Counted from the stretch's first letter, positions 1-10,926 are shown. The stretch is 64,000 nucleotides of DNA from Polyangiaceae bacterium (GCA_044376115.1 JBILLK010000006.1:128001-192000); one strand, 5' to 3'. Numbers and translations are program-made. Notes: generated by a model not told the origin, from the letters alone.

Positions 1-2
1 TC

Positions 3-3000
3 AACCTCACGGGCACCTGCTTCCTGGTGATCACGGTCCCGGCCTGCGCAAACTTTGGTGATGCTTGCAGCGTCGGAGTCGGCGCCTGCCAGGCGAACGG
101 AACCAACGTTTGCCAAGGCAACACCACGGTGTGCTCGGCGACGCCCGGTACGCCCACCGCCGAGATTTGCGACGGCGCAGACAACAACTGCAACGGTCAA
201 ACCAACGAGGGCTTCAACGTCGGAGCGGCCTGTGACACCGGCTTGGACGGCGTTTGCGGACCGGGCAGCTTGGCCTGTGCGGGGCCCAACGCAACGGCTT
301 GCATCAGCACCACCGGTCCGAGCGCCGAACAATGCGCTGACCTTTTGGACTCCAACTGCGATGGTCTCCCGAGCGAGGGTTGCCCCGGTGACAGCGACGG
401 CGACGGCATCACCGACGCCAATGAGGTCATCATCGGTACCAATCCGAACGACGCTGACTCTGACGATGACGGCGTGCCCGATGGGCAAGAGCCGCTCGTG
501 GGCGAAGACAGCGATGGCGACGGATTGATCAACGGCCTCGATCCGGACAGCGATAACGATGGCCTCTACGACGGCACCGAGCTCGGCTTCGACTGCAACT
601 TGGCTGCGACCAACAACGCCGCTGGTCATTGCCGCGCCGATGCCGACACCGGCTTCACCACCACCAATCCGCTCGACAGCGACACAGACAACGGCGGCGT
701 TTCGGACGGCCAGGAAGACCTGAATCGCAACGGCATCGTCGACGGCGGGGAGACCAACCCGGTCGCTGGTAACGGCGCTGACGATCTCGTGAACTCACCG
801 GACACGGATGGCGACGGCTTGCTCGACTCGTTCGAGAACGCCATCGGCACCGACCCCAACGACGGCGACAGCGATGACGACGGCGTGCTCGACGGTGACG
901 AGCCGAACCCGGCCGATGACACTGACGGTGACGGGCTGATCAACGCGCTCGATCCGGACAGCGACAATGACCTGCTCTTCGACGGCACCGAGCTCGGGCT
1001 CGATTGCAACGATCCCGACACCGACCCGAGCGCGGGCAACTGCATCGCAGACGGTGATGCCGGCGCAACCACCACCAGCCCGCTCATTGCTGATACGGAC
1101 GGCGGCTCGGTGATCGACGGTCTCGAGGACGACGATCGCGACGGCGTGTTCGACGGTGTGAACAGCACCGAGACGAACGCGACCTCCGGCAACGGCGCCG
1201 ACGATCTGCCGAACCCTGCGAACGATGCCGACGGCGACGGCATCTCCGACGCCGACGAGACTGCAGCCGGTACCGATCCGAACGACGCGGATTCGGACGA
1301 CGACGGCGTGATCGACGGTCTCGAGCCGCTCTGGAACGTCGATTCGGATGGCGACGGCTTGATCAATGCGCTCGATCCAGACAGCGACAACGACGGTCTC
1401 TACGACGGCACCGAGCTCGGCTTCAATTGCTCCAATCCAGCGACCGACGTCGCGCTCGGGCACTGCATCCCCGACGGTGACAACGGCGCTACGCGCACCA
1501 ACCCGCTCGACGCCGATAGCGACAACGGCGGCGTTCGCGACGGTCAGGAAGACCTCAACCGCAATGGCGTTGTCGACGCGGGTGAGACCGACCCGACGGC
1601 TGGTCACGCAGCCGATGACGTCGACACCGATAGCGACAACGACGGCATCACCAATGCCGCCGAAGTAGCGCTTGGCACCGATCCGAACGACGCTGACTCG
1701 GACGACGACGGCGTACTCGACGGTGACGAGGCCAACCTGGCCGATGACACTGACGGCGACGGCCTGATCAACGCGCTCGACCCGGACAGCGACAACGACC
1801 TCTTGTTCGACGGCACCGAGGTCGGCAACGATTGCAGCAATCCGGCGACCGACGCTTCGGCGGGGACCTGCATCGCCGACGCTGACAACGGCGCAACCAC
1901 CACCAGCATGGTCGACGCTGATAGCGACGACGGCTCGGTGATCGACGGCCTCGAGGACGACAACCACAACGGCGTCGTCGACGCTGGCGAGTCGAACCCG
2001 GTCGCTGGCAACGGCGCTGACGACCTCACCAACGACGCCGACGGCGACGGTATCAACGACCAAGACGAGACTGACGCTGGCACCGACCCGAACGACGCCG
2101 ACAGTGATGACGATGGCATCATCGACGGTCTCGAGCCGCAATGGGACGAGGACTTCGACGGTGACGGTCTGATCAACGCGCTCGATCCGGACAGCGACAA
2201 CGACGGTCTCTACGACGGCACCGAGGTGGGCAACGATTGCTCGAACCCGGCGACCAACGTAGCGGCAGGACATTGCATCGCCGATGGCGACGGTGGCGCG
2301 ACCAAGACCAACCCGCTCGACCCCGACAGCGATGACGGGGGCGTGCCGGACGGCCAGGAAGATCTCGACCGAGACGGCGTTTACGAACCCGCTGACGGCG
2401 AGACCAACCCCACCGCCGGCAACGGCGCGGACGACAACAACACCGACACCGACGGCGACGGCCTAACCGACGCGTTCGAGAACGAGATCGGTTCCAACCC
2501 GAACGACGCGGATAGCGATGATGACGGCGTGCGCGATGGTGACGAGGCCAACCCGGCCGATGACACCGACGGCGACGGCGATATCAACGTCCTCGACCCC
2601 GACAGTGATGACGACGGCCTGTTCGACGGTACCGAGGTCGGCAACGATTGCGACGACCCGGCGACGGACGCTGCCGCTGGCAATTGCATCGCCGACGTCG
2701 ACAACGGCGCAACCACCACCAGCATGGTGGACGCCGACAGCGACAATGGCGGCGTGATCGACGGCGACGAAGACACCAACCACAACGGCGTGGTCGACGG
2801 CATCGAGACGGATCCGACCGCTGGCAACGGCGACGACGATCAGGACGACGACTTTGACAACGACGGCATTGACAACGCGACCGAGCTCGAGATCGGCACC
2901 GACCCGGGCGACGCCGACAGCGACGACGACGGTGTGATCGATGGTGATGAGCCCTCGTTCGACCAAGACACCGACGGCGACGGGCAGATCAACGCGCTCG

Positions 3001-3542
3001 ACCCCGACAGCGATGACGACGGTCTCTTCGATGGCACCGAGCTCGGCCTTGATTGTGCAAATGGCGCTACCGACGTTGACGCAGGTAACTGCATCCCCGA
3101 CGGTGACGAGGGCACGACCAAGACCGATCCGCTCAACCCCGACACCGACGGCGGCTCCGTGCCCGACGGTACCGAGGACACCAACCTCAACGGCGTCGTC
3201 GACGCTGGCGAGCGGGACCCGAACAACCAAGCCGACGACGTGACCACGCCGCCGGAATGCCTCACCGATGCTGATTGCGGTGATCTGACCTCCGGTCGGA
3301 TTTGTGAGGCGGCCGTGTGCATCGATGGTTGCCGTGGCAACGCCGGTAACGGCTGCCCCGACGGCCTGGTTTGCAGCACTGACAACACCGAGCCTGGTGA
3401 GTGTGTGGAGCCCGATGACACCGAGATCTTCGCTGAAGGTAATGGCGTCCTGTGCACCACCTCACGAGCAAGCAACGACAACGCCTGGAGCCTGCTCGCA
3501 GTGCTCGGCTTGGCGCTGGCATGGGCAAGGCGCCGTCGCTAA
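3..3542 (+). CDS. Large Asp-rich Ca-binding repeat (thrombospondin type 3-like) cell-surface protein with MYXO-CTERM-like C-terminal sorting signal; 5' end outside window
   Basis: The frame is open from nt 3. A Cys-rich N-part is followed by seven ~135-140 aa units full of DxDxDG motifs. The C-terminus GNGVLC...[18 protein letters not shown] has a Cys, a TM helix and an Arg tail. Confidence 0.85.
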   Translation, partial: NLTGTCFLVITVPACANFGDACSVGVGACQANGTNVCQGNTTVCSATPGTPTAEICDGADNNCNGQTNEGFNVGAACDTGLDGVCGPGSLACAGPNATACISTTGPSAEQCADLLDSNCDGLPSEGCPGDSDGDGITDANEVIIGTNPNDADSDDDGVPDGQEPLVGEDSDGDGLINGLDPDSDNDGLYDGTELGFDCNLAATNNAAGHCRADADTGFTTTNPLDSDTDNGGVSDGQEDLNRNGIVDGGETNPVAGNGADDLVNSPDTDGDGLLDSFENAIGTDPNDGDSDDDGVLDGDEPNPADDTDGDGLINALDPDSDNDLLFDGTELGLDCNDPDTDPSAGNCIADGDAGATTTSPLIADTDGGSVIDGLEDDDRDGVFDGVNSTETNATSGNGADDLPNPANDADGDGISDADETAAGTDPNDADSDDDGVIDGLEPLWNVDSDGDGLINALDPDSDNDGLYDGTELGFNCSNPATDVALGHCIPDGDNGATRTNPLDADSDNGGVRDGQEDLNRNGVVDAGETDPTAGHAADDVDTDSDNDGITNAAEVALGTDPNDADSDDDGVLDGDEANLADDTDGDGLINALDPDSDNDLLFDGTEVGNDCSNPATDASAGTCIADADNGATTTSMVDADSDDGSVIDGLEDDNHNGVVDAGESNPVAGNGADDLTNDADGDGINDQDETDAGTDPNDADSDDDGIIDGLEPQWDEDFDGDGLINALDPDSDNDGLYDGTEVGNDCSNPATNVAAGHCIADGDGGATKTNPLDPDSDDGGVPDGQEDLDRDGVYEPADGETNPTAGNGADDNNTDTDGDGLTDAFENEIGSNPNDADSDDDGVRDGDEANPADDTDGDGDINVLDPDSDDDGLFDGTEVGNDCDDPATDAAAGNCIADVDNGATTTSMVDADSDNGGVIDGDEDTNHNGVVDGIETDPTAGNGDDDQDDDFDNDGIDNATELEIGTDPGDADSDDDGVIDGDEPSFDQDTDGDGQINALDPDSDDDGLFDGTELGLDCANGATDVDAGNCIPDGDEGTTKTDPLNPDTDGGSVPDGTEDTNLNGVVDAGERDPNNQADDVTTPPECLTDADCGDLTSGRICEAAVCIDGCRGNAGNGCPDGLVCSTDNTEPGECVEPDDTEIFAEGNGVLCTTSRASNDNAWSLLAVLGLALAWARRRR

Positions 3543-5542
3543 CGGCTAGCCTGGTCTGGAACACGCTCACGACCGCCTTCATGGCGGTCGTGGCGTGTTC
3601 CGAGCCGGAGCCTCAGCTTCCCCCTCCGGGAGCTGTGGACGGGTGCGTCAACGGCCAGAAGGATGAGGCCGAGAGTGACGTCGACTGCGGCGGGATCTGC
3701 GCTCGCTGCATCGACGGGCTCGCCTGCAGCTCGCCCTTCGATTGCAACTCAGGCGTTTGCGCCAATGCGGTTTGCGCGGCGCCTTCGTGCTTCGATGGCC
3801 TCAAGGACGGCGATGAGTCCGACGTGGACTGCGGTCATGCGTGTCCGCAACGTTGTGATGCAGGGGCTAGCTGTGACAGCGCTGACGATTGCGCTTCAGC
3901 GGTCTGTGTCGAGGGAGTTTGCTCCGCCCCGCGCTGTGATGACGGGGCTCGTAACGGCGATGAAGCCGACGTGGATTGTGGTGGTAGCTGCTCGCCTTGC
4001 GCCGTTGGCCAAGTGTGCGAAGCGCCCACCGATTGCGAGAGCGCGCTGTGCGTGGAGGGCGCTTGTGTCGAAGCGAGCTGCGCCGATCAGCTGCAAAACG
4101 GCGATGAGGCCGACGTGGATTGTGGTGTCGCCTGCCAACGCGGCTGCGGACCGGGAAAGAGCTGTGGCAGCGCAGCAGACTGCGCGGGCGGAAGCTGCGT
4201 GAACTCGATCTGCCTTCCGACCTGCTTCGATGGCTACGCTTCCGAAGCCGAAAGCGACGTTGATTGTGGTGGCCCGTGCGTGCCCTGCAACACCGGCGAA
4301 AGCTGCTCGCAAGCGAGCGACTGCGTGGGTGGGATTTGCGAGCTTGCACTATGCGCTGCAAGTTGCAGCGACCTGCAGCTGAGCTCGAGCTTGGGTGAGA
4401 CCGACGTTGATTGTGGTGGCAACTGCAGCGGCTGTACGCTGGGCGCTCAATGCAGCGTCGCCTCCGACTGCCTCTCCGATAGCTGCCTCGGCGGAGTTTG
4501 TATCCCCGCTCCATCGTGCAGCAACGCCCTGCTCGACAGCAATGAGTCCGACATCGACTGTGGTGGCTCTTGCCCGCCCTGCGCGACGGGGCTCGCGTGC
4601 GCGGCGCACGCCGATTGCGTGGGTGAGCTGTGCCTTGCCGCCATCTGCGCCGAAGGCAGTTGCGCTGACGGCGTGGCGAACGGCGCGGAGACGGCGCTCG
4701 ACTGTGGTGGCGATTGCGAGCCGTGCGCGGTCGGCGCTGCTTGTAACGTTTCGAGCGATTGCCTCTCGCTTCAATGCCAGGCTGGAATCTGTTTTCCAGC
4801 GACCTGCTTCGACGAGCTCAAGAACGGTGAAGAGTCGGCCGTCGACTGTGGCGGCGACGCTTGTGAAGCTTGCGCCGATGGCCAACCGTGCGAGAGCTCG
4901 AGTGACTGCGCCTCCTTACGCTGTGAGAGAGGCAGCTGTATTGCCGCGGCCTGCGACGACGGCATCGCGAACGGGAGCGAGACGGCCGCCGATTGCGGCG
5001 GAGCGTGTGCCCCTTGCGACGACGGCGCCGGCTGTATCGAGAGCGCTGATTGCGTGAGTAAGGTGTGCTCGGGCGACCCAAAGTTGTGTCAGGTCCCGTC
5101 CTGCTACGACAGCGCGAAGAACGGCGATGAAACGGCCTTCAATTGCGGTGGTTCTTGCAGCCCGTGTCCACCGCTTTACCCGTGTTTGGTCAACGCGGAC
5201 TGCGTTGGTGGCGTATGCCAAGCGGGGATCTGCCAGCCGACCTGCAACGACGGCGCGCTCAACGGCGCCGAGGCCGATCGCGATTGTGGTGGCCCTTGCG
5301 CACCGTGCCGGCCCAATCGGGATTGCTTCGATGACGGCGATTGCACGACGTCGATTTGCGCCTACTCGGGGCACGGCCTTCACTGCCAACCGTTGAGTTC
5401 CTGCTCCAACGGCCAACAAGATGGCAGTGAAACCGACGTGGACTGTGGGGGCCCTCTCTGCGGTTGGTGCACGGCCAACGACTCGTGCTTGGTCGCCGAT
5501 GACTGCCAAGGCTCCCAATGCGAAGCCGGCGTCTGTCAGTGA
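3521..5542 (+). CDS. Cys-rich repeat lipoprotein (13 x C-x-DG-xx-NG-x-E-x-DVDCGG-type repeats)
   Basis: Thirteen ~48-aa repeats, each with DCG(G)/NCGG. ATG 3521 gives a signal-like N-terminus ending in lipobox-like VVAC and overlaps the upstream gene's 3' end. Start uncertain (3521 or 3581). Confidence 0.8.
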   Translation: MGKAPSLTASLVWNTLTTAFMAVVACSEPEPQLPPPGAVDGCVNGQKDEAESDVDCGGICARCIDGLACSSPFDCNSGVCANAVCAAPSCFDGLKDGDESDVDCGHACPQRCDAGASCDSADDCASAVCVEGVCSAPRCDDGARNGDEADVDCGGSCSPCAVGQVCEAPTDCESALCVEGACVEASCADQLQNGDEADVDCGVACQRGCGPGKSCGSAADCAGGSCVNSICLPTCFDGYASEAESDVDCGGPCVPCNTGESCSQASDCVGGICELALCAASCSDLQLSSSLGETDVDCGGNCSGCTLGAQCSVASDCLSDSCLGGVCIPAPSCSNALLDSNESDIDCGGSCPPCATGLACAAHADCVGELCLAAICAEGSCADGVANGAETALDCGGDCEPCAVGAACNVSSDCLSLQCQAGICFPATCFDELKNGEESAVDCGGDACEACADGQPCESSSDCASLRCERGSCIAAACDDGIANGSETAADCGGACAPCDDGAGCIESADCVSKVCSGDPKLCQVPSCYDSAKNGDETAFNCGGSCSPCPPLYPCLVNADCVGGVCQAGICQPTCNDGALNGAEADRDCGGPCAPCRPNRDCFDDGDCTTSICAYSGHGLHCQPLSSCSNGQQDGSETDVDCGGPLCGWCTANDSCLVADDCQGSQCEAGVCQ

Positions 5543-5561
5543 TTCAGCGTCTGTTTGCTGC

Positions 5562-6023
5562 TCAGCGTGCGCAGCTGAGCGGCTTCTGATCGTTTGGCAC
5601 CGAGGCTCCTGCCATCAGCGCGGCGACTCGCGCGTTCTCCTTCTCGAGCAGGGCTTTGTCATCCCAGGGGAACTCGCCACCGGTGGTCTCCCCGAGCTCG
5701 TTGCCGTCGATGTCGAACACCAAGTTGCCCTTGTCAGCGATCATTCGTGAGGGCGTGACGCTGAGCCGCGTAGGCTTGCCGTTGGCGAAGGCGATGAAGA
5801 CCTTCGAGCCCTCGTCAACGTACTTGGCCTTGCAGACCTTCTCGAGGGTGCTCGCTGGGATCAGGCTGGCACTCGGCGATACGCTGGGAGCTGCGCTCGC
5901 ATTCGCAGCGCTGCTCACTTCAACGTTCGGCGTTGAAGAAGATGCTGCGGTCGTTGAGGTCGGGTTTCCCGAGCTACAGGCGGCGAGGGTCAACAAGGCC
6001 GAGAGGAGGAGCGTGCACTTCAT
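5562..6023 (-). CDS. Hypothetical lipoprotein
   Basis: MKCTLLLSALLTLAAC lipobox, Ser/Thr/Ala-rich linker, small globular C-domain. Confidence 0.7.
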   Translation of the reverse strand: MKCTLLLSALLTLAACSSGNPTSTTAASSSTPNVEVSSAANASAAPSVSPSASLIPASTLEKVCKAKYVDEGSKVFIAFANGKPTRLSVTPSRMIADKGNLVFDIDGNELGETTGGEFPWDDKALLEKENARVAALMAGASVPNDQKPLSCAR

Positions 6024-6073
6024 GGTGCGTTGGACGGTTGGTCCGCTCAAAGGATCTGATGAGCGAATAGAGT

Positions 6074-7585
6074 TCAGCTTTTGTCCAGCTCGCGGGTAGC
6101 GTCGTCCTCATCGGCAAAGACCAGAGGTGCGTTGCCACTCCCGAGGCTGGCTCGACCGCGGCCTGCCGCTTTGGCCTCGTACAGGTTCTTGTCGGCGATC
6201 CCGAACAGATCGTCGGGATAGTCCGAATCTTCGGGATAGGAAGCGGTGCCGATGCTCAGCGAGACGCTGCGGCGATGCGCTGTCACGCCAATGCGGCGAG
6301 CGACCTGAGCTGCCTCGAGGGCACCTGCATCCGGCAATAACACCACAAACTCGTCGCCACCAAAGCGCGCCGCAACATCGTGCGCTCGCAGCGTCGCGCT
6401 CAGGATCTTGCCGACGGTGCGCAGCACGCGGTCACCGCCCTCATGCCCGTCCTTGTGATTGACCTCACGGAACTCGTCCAAATCGAGCACGAGCAAAGAG
6501 AGCGGGGTTTTTCCGCGTTGCGCGCGGGAGCGTTCATGGGTGAAGCGCGACTCGAACTCGCGCCGATTCAAGAGCCCGGTGAGTCCGTCGGTGCGGGCCA
6601 GTTGCTGAACCTCTTTGAGCAGGCGCAGCGTTTCCCACGCGAGCCCGCCGTGGGCGGCGAAGTTCCCGAGGTTGTGGACGAGCTCGGGATCGAGCGGCTC
6701 ATCGGAGAATTTGCGGTCGGCGTAGACCAGCCCGAGCACGTGTTCTTGCACCACGACCGGCGCGAGCACGAAGCGGCTGGGCGCGGCCAAGCTGCGTAGC
6801 CCCTCGCATTGGGGGCCCTCCGTTCGCTCGAACAGGCGCACGCTGGCGAGGGCTTGTTGCGCCTCGGCGCTGCGGTCGAGCGTCGTCTTGCGCACGAGCT
6901 CGCCGAAGCGGCCTACGGTTGAACCGCCCGCGAGCTGTCTCTCGAAGGGGATGGCCTGTTCTTCGAGCGACTCCCAGGTGCGATGGGCCTCAGCAGCGTC
7001 CGCCGGCCCGATGCCGAGATGGCCCTGAAAGCCGCCGCGCCCGTCGCTGACGAACAACGCCGCTCGATGAAAGCCGAGCCCGGAGCCAGCCGTAATGGCG
7101 CCAAGAAAGGTGGCCAGCGCATGTTCGAGCGGATCTTCCAAAGCCGACCTCTTCGTCTTTGGGCCAACCGCGGAGTGGTCCAACATCACGCCCAAGGCCG
7201 CGTGCAGCGCGTCGAGCCTCGCTAGTTCTCCGAAAGCGCCGTGGGCGATCCCGACGAGCTCGCTGGGAGAGAGCAAGCGCGCCGCAACTTCGTTGATCAA
7301 GCTCTCGAGCGGCTGGCCCAAGCTCTCCCACTCGATCTCGAGCCTCGTGGCTCCTCGGACGAAGGCGACCGAGGTGGCACCTCCACCCTCCGTCTGTTCG
7401 AGCAGCAGGTGCTTCGGCTCGAGCGAAGCCAACTTGAGCAACTTCGGTAACGTCTTATGGAAGTGGGCGTCGGCCCCAAGCGTGACCTGCAGGGTCACAG
7501 GCCCGATTCGGCGCCAAAGTCGGCGCACCGACTCAGAGACGTGCGCTATGCGGACGGTGCGATCGAAGTCGGGCGGAGGCGGCAC
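6074..7585 (-). CDS. GAF-containing diguanylate cyclase (GGDEF)
   Basis: TDGLTGLLNRR, DLDEF and RFGGDEF motifs with an RxxD I-site (RAHD); GAF-like region upstream (FVLAPVVVQEHVLGLVYAD). Confidence 0.9.
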   Translation of the reverse strand: MPPPPDFDRTVRIAHVSESVRRLWRRIGPVTLQVTLGADAHFHKTLPKLLKLASLEPKHLLLEQTEGGGATSVAFVRGATRLEIEWESLGQPLESLINEVAARLLSPSELVGIAHGAFGELARLDALHAALGVMLDHSAVGPKTKRSALEDPLEHALATFLGAITAGSGLGFHRAALFVSDGRGGFQGHLGIGPADAAEAHRTWESLEEQAIPFERQLAGGSTVGRFGELVRKTTLDRSAEAQQALASVRLFERTEGPQCEGLRSLAAPSRFVLAPVVVQEHVLGLVYADRKFSDEPLDPELVHNLGNFAAHGGLAWETLRLLKEVQQLARTDGLTGLLNRREFESRFTHERSRAQRGKTPLSLLVLDLDEFREVNHKDGHEGGDRVLRTVGKILSATLRAHDVAARFGGDEFVVLLPDAGALEAAQVARRIGVTAHRRSVSLSIGTASYPEDSDYPDDLFGIADKNLYEAKAAGRGRASLGSGNAPLVFADEDDATRELDKS

Positions 7586-7657
7586 GGAGCGCTATCATCT
7601 TCCGCAATTGGGCAGCGGCCAAGAGACGTGACGAAAGTCTCCCGTAGTATGGACCCG

Positions 7658-9514
7658 CTACCCAGTAAACGTGGCGTAGACGCGTGAGGCTGTGTCGAGC
7701 AGCCGGTCGAGCCCGCGCGGCTCGAAGTTGGAAACGCCGTCCTGCGCGATCACGCAGAAGCCGGTGCGAAACTCCAGCGAACCGGTAAAACCGCTCTGGA
7801 TCAGGTATTGACGCAGCGGCATTGGCAGCGCCGCGTGGGCCTCTTCAGGCGATGGGCCCGCTAGGTCGTACCGCTGCTCAAGCCACGGATCGCCGATCAA
7901 AAATGGGCGCCCGCGGTTGACGAGGTCGTCCAGGATCTTCAGACCTTTGGCCATGCCGTCGGCAAGTCCGCTGGCTCGCTTGGAGCGCACGGCACAGCGG
8001 TACCGCAGCCTGGGCGAATGCACCACGGCGATCACCAGCCGGTCTTCGTTGACCGTCTTGCGAAAGGCCTCATCGACCGCCACCTCGGCCAGTAACAGCT
8101 CTCCATCTGGAAGCAGCAAGCGAGCCTCGCGGCCTACCAAGATGATCCGTCCAAGATGATGAAGCGTCCCTGCTCCAACGTACGGTCGCGGATCGGCGAC
8201 GGCGCGCAGCTCCAGCTGGCGGTAGGTGGCCCAGGCCGTGAGCTGCGGATCATGAGATCCATGCTGGTAGGCAGGAGCCGCCGGCTGCGGACGTTGGAAA
8301 GCGGCCGGCGGAGGTGAACTCGCGACTGCCGCGTGCCCTTGCGTGGCAGGCTGTGCTTGAGTGGGAGGCTGCACCCGCGGAGGTGTTGCGCTGAAGCTCT
8401 CCGCAGGCGTGCGACCGTAGTTTGCGGCAACCGGCGGCGTTGTGACTGCAAACGCAAGCTCGCTCGAAAGCGGGGTTCCAGCATGCGACGTCATTGCCGC
8501 AGGCTCGGTGGGGATCGTCTTCTGTACGGCAAGCGGGTGAGCTTGCGCGGGGGTATTCGGTGCGAGCGAAGGGGCCGCGGTGCTCAGCGCCGGGCTCTGC
8601 TGCCCAAGCGCGCTGGCCAACGCTTGGAAGGCCTCGAGGGCGCTCGCGAAGCGCTTGGTTGCGTCGAGGTGGAGGCAGCGCGCCATCCAGGGATCCAGCG
8701 CCGCTGGTAAGTGATGCCCAGCCTCGAGGCCACGCCGCGAGGGAAGGGGAGGCGGCTCGAGGACGATCTTCACTGGTAGCTCGGCCAGCGTCGTGGCGCC
8801 CCACAGCGCGCCGGATTGCGCGCCCGTAAGCATCTCGAACACTACCAAGCCCATCGCCCAAATGTCGGTGGCCGCCGAGACCACATTCGCGATCGTGATG
8901 CCGCGTTGTTCCCCGATGGCACGCCATGCAGGCCCGAGTTGCTCCGGCGCTGAGTAGGCCGGCGTACCTACGTGGGTCGACGACTGCTGGGTGGTTTCAG
9001 CTAGCTTCGCGATGCCAAAATCGAGGATCTTGAGCGTCGGGAGCGCTTTGCGCGACTTGCAGAGGAACAGGTTTTGCGGCTTCAGATCGCGATGGAAAAC
9101 GCCCGCGAGATGGGCTTGCTCTAGGCCGTCGGCCAGCTGCTCGGTCAGCGCCAACGTATCGCTCACCGAGAGCGCGCCCTGCTTTCGAATGCGCGCGTCG
9201 AGCGGCTCCCCCTCGAGCAGTTCCATCGCCATGAACGGCAGGCCCAGACCTTCATCGATGCCCGCGTCGAGCACGTCGACGATGTGATCACTGCGACCGA
9301 TGCGAGCGCACACCCGGGCCTCCCGCACGAACATCTCGCGCACCTCCTGGTCCCCAGCGAACTCGGGGCGGACCAACTTGAGCGCGACCGCGCGGTCGGT
9401 TTCGGTGTGGAAGGCGCGGTAAACGGTCGCCATCCCGCCATCCCCGATCAGGGAGTCGATGCGGTAGCGCGCACCACAAATGTGGCCTTTCTCAATCGCG
9501 AGCGTCACGGTCAC
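7658..9514 (-). CDS. Hanks-type Ser/Thr protein kinase with Pro/Ala linker and unknown C-terminal domain
   Basis: GDGGMATVY, VALK, HRDLKPQN, DFG and GTPAYSAPE motifs; no obvious TM helix. Confidence 0.92.
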   Translation of the reverse strand: MTVTLAIEKGHICGARYRIDSLIGDGGMATVYRAFHTETDRAVALKLVRPEFAGDQEVREMFVREARVCARIGRSDHIVDVLDAGIDEGLGLPFMAMELLEGEPLDARIRKQGALSVSDTLALTEQLADGLEQAHLAGVFHRDLKPQNLFLCKSRKALPTLKILDFGIAKLAETTQQSSTHVGTPAYSAPEQLGPAWRAIGEQRGITIANVVSAATDIWAMGLVVFEMLTGAQSGALWGATTLAELPVKIVLEPPPLPSRRGLEAGHHLPAALDPWMARCLHLDATKRFASALEAFQALASALGQQSPALSTAAPSLAPNTPAQAHPLAVQKTIPTEPAAMTSHAGTPLSSELAFAVTTPPVAANYGRTPAESFSATPPRVQPPTQAQPATQGHAAVASSPPPAAFQRPQPAAPAYQHGSHDPQLTAWATYRQLELRAVADPRPYVGAGTLHHLGRIILVGREARLLLPDGELLLAEVAVDEAFRKTVNEDRLVIAVVHSPRLRYRCAVRSKRASGLADGMAKGLKILDDLVNRGRPFLIGDPWLEQRYDLAGPSPEEAHAALPMPLRQYLIQSGFTGSLEFRTGFCVIAQDGVSNFEPRGLDRLLDTASRVYATFTG

Positions 9515-9564
9515 GCGAGCTTAGCACCCAACGTTCCCGTGACGACGTCTCGAGAGCGCACACG

Positions 9565-10926
9565 CTACGGGTTGGCGCGCCGGCTGAAACCAACCGTATC
9601 GGGTTGGCCCTCGGCCGTGGTGACGCCGCGAAACAGCGTGCCGGCGTTGCGCTTGCGGACCAGTTTGTTCTTGAGCTGGTCCTTGAGGTTCGTCGCCACG
9701 CGCAGCGCGTAGATGGCGCGCAACATCGCAAAGCGGCGCAGCACCTCCTTGCTGTCGAAGACGTCCCCAGCGAGCATCGAAATGATCGCTTCTTCGAGCC
9801 GGAACATGTTGCGCGGGTTCTTGAAGATCCAGCGCATGGCAGGCGAGGTGAAGCGGTAGATGAACCAGGAGAAATTGCCGATGCCTTTGCGCACCCGCTC
9901 ATCGAAGGCCTTCTGCAACTTTGCTTCGGCGCTGCGATCGGCGAGCACTCCGTCCACCACTTCGGCTCCGGCTTTGGCGCTATTCATCGCCAAATAGACG
10001 CCGCTCGAGAACACCGGGTCGATGAAGGCGAAGGCATCGCCGATCATGATGAAGCCTTTGCCGGTCATGCGGTCGGAGGTGTACGAGTAGTTCCCCGTCG
10101 CTCGAACCTCACTGATCAACTCGGCTTGCGCCATCCGCTCGTAGGCCTTGGGGGCGAGCTTCAAGGTCGACCACAAGAAGTCCTCCGTGCTCGTGGTACG
10201 GGTCTTGAGATACTCGGGCCAACACACGCAGCCGACGCTCATGATGTTGTCTTGCAGCGGGATGAACCACATCCAACCGTGGTCGAACCAGTAGATGCTG
10301 ATGTTGCCCTGATCGGCGCCGGGGCGGCGGGTCACGTTGCGGAAATGGCCGAAGATGGCCGCGCTCGCGTGATTCTTGTTCTGCGCCTTCATGTCGAACT
10401 TCTTCGACAGGAAGGTGTCGCGGCCGGTGGCATCCACGAAGTACTTGGCGTTGAAGACGAGCTTCTCACCACCCGCCGTAACGGCCTCCGCGCGGCTCTT
10501 TCCCTCGCTGTCCCAAGTGACGCTGTTCAGCGTCACTCCCTCGCGGGTATCCACCCCGTTCTTAGCCGCGTTGCGAAACAACAGCTCATCAAAGTCGCTG
10601 CGTTTGACCTCGTAGGCGTTGGGCGGCGTCTTGTTGTAGGAGCGAGCAAAGTGATAGGTGCGCCACGTCTCGTCGGTGGCGAGCGAGAAGTCGGCTCCGA
10701 GCTTCACCACGCCCATCGCGCGCAGTTCATTCATCACGCCCAGCTCTTCGACGATGGGCATGTTGCAGGGCAGTAGCGACTCCCCGATGTGGAAACGCGG
10801 GTGCGTGTCCTTCTCGAGCACCGTCACTTTGTGGCCCTTGCGGGCTAACAGCGTCGAGATCGTGGAGCCCGCCGGGCCGCCGCCTGCGACCAGAACGTCA
10901 ACATCGATGGTACGAGCAGCTTCCAT
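9565..10926 (-). CDS. FAD-dependent oxidoreductase, flavin-dependent halogenase-like
   Basis: GGGPAG, PRFHIGESLLP, WMWFIP (WxWxIP) and GDAFAFIDPVFSSGV motifs. Confidence 0.8.
   Translation of the reverse strand: MEAARTIDVDVLVAGGGPAGSTISTLLARKGHKVTVLEKDTHPRFHIGESLLPCNMPIVEELGVMNELRAMGVVKLGADFSLATDETWRTYHFARSYNKTPPNAYEVKRSDFDELLFRNAAKNGVDTREGVTLNSVTWDSEGKSRAEAVTAGGEKLVFNAKYFVDATGRDTFLSKKFDMKAQNKNHASAAIFGHFRNVTRRPGADQGNISIYWFDHGWMWFIPLQDNIMSVGCVCWPEYLKTRTTSTEDFLWSTLKLAPKAYERMAQAELISEVRATGNYSYTSDRMTGKGFIMIGDAFAFIDPVFSSGVYLAMNSAKAGAEVVDGVLADRSAEAKLQKAFDERVRKGIGNFSWFIYRFTSPAMRWIFKNPRNMFRLEEAIISMLAGDVFDSKEVLRRFAMLRAIYALRVATNLKDQLKNKLVRKRNAGTLFRGVTTAEGQPDTVGFSRRANP

Noticed and set aside
197..3481. 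Long antisense and alternate-frame ORFs over the repeat protein (also 9604-10776, 47861-49063, 53992-54888, 55078-56520, 56560-57711)
   Set aside because: They are shadow ORFs expected from high GC3 codon bias opposite well-supported genes, and carry no recognisable motifs.
390..5542. Repetitive DNA as a possible CRISPR array
   Set aside because: The repeats are degenerate, in-frame protein repeats with no constant repeat/unique spacer pattern, and no cas genes are present.
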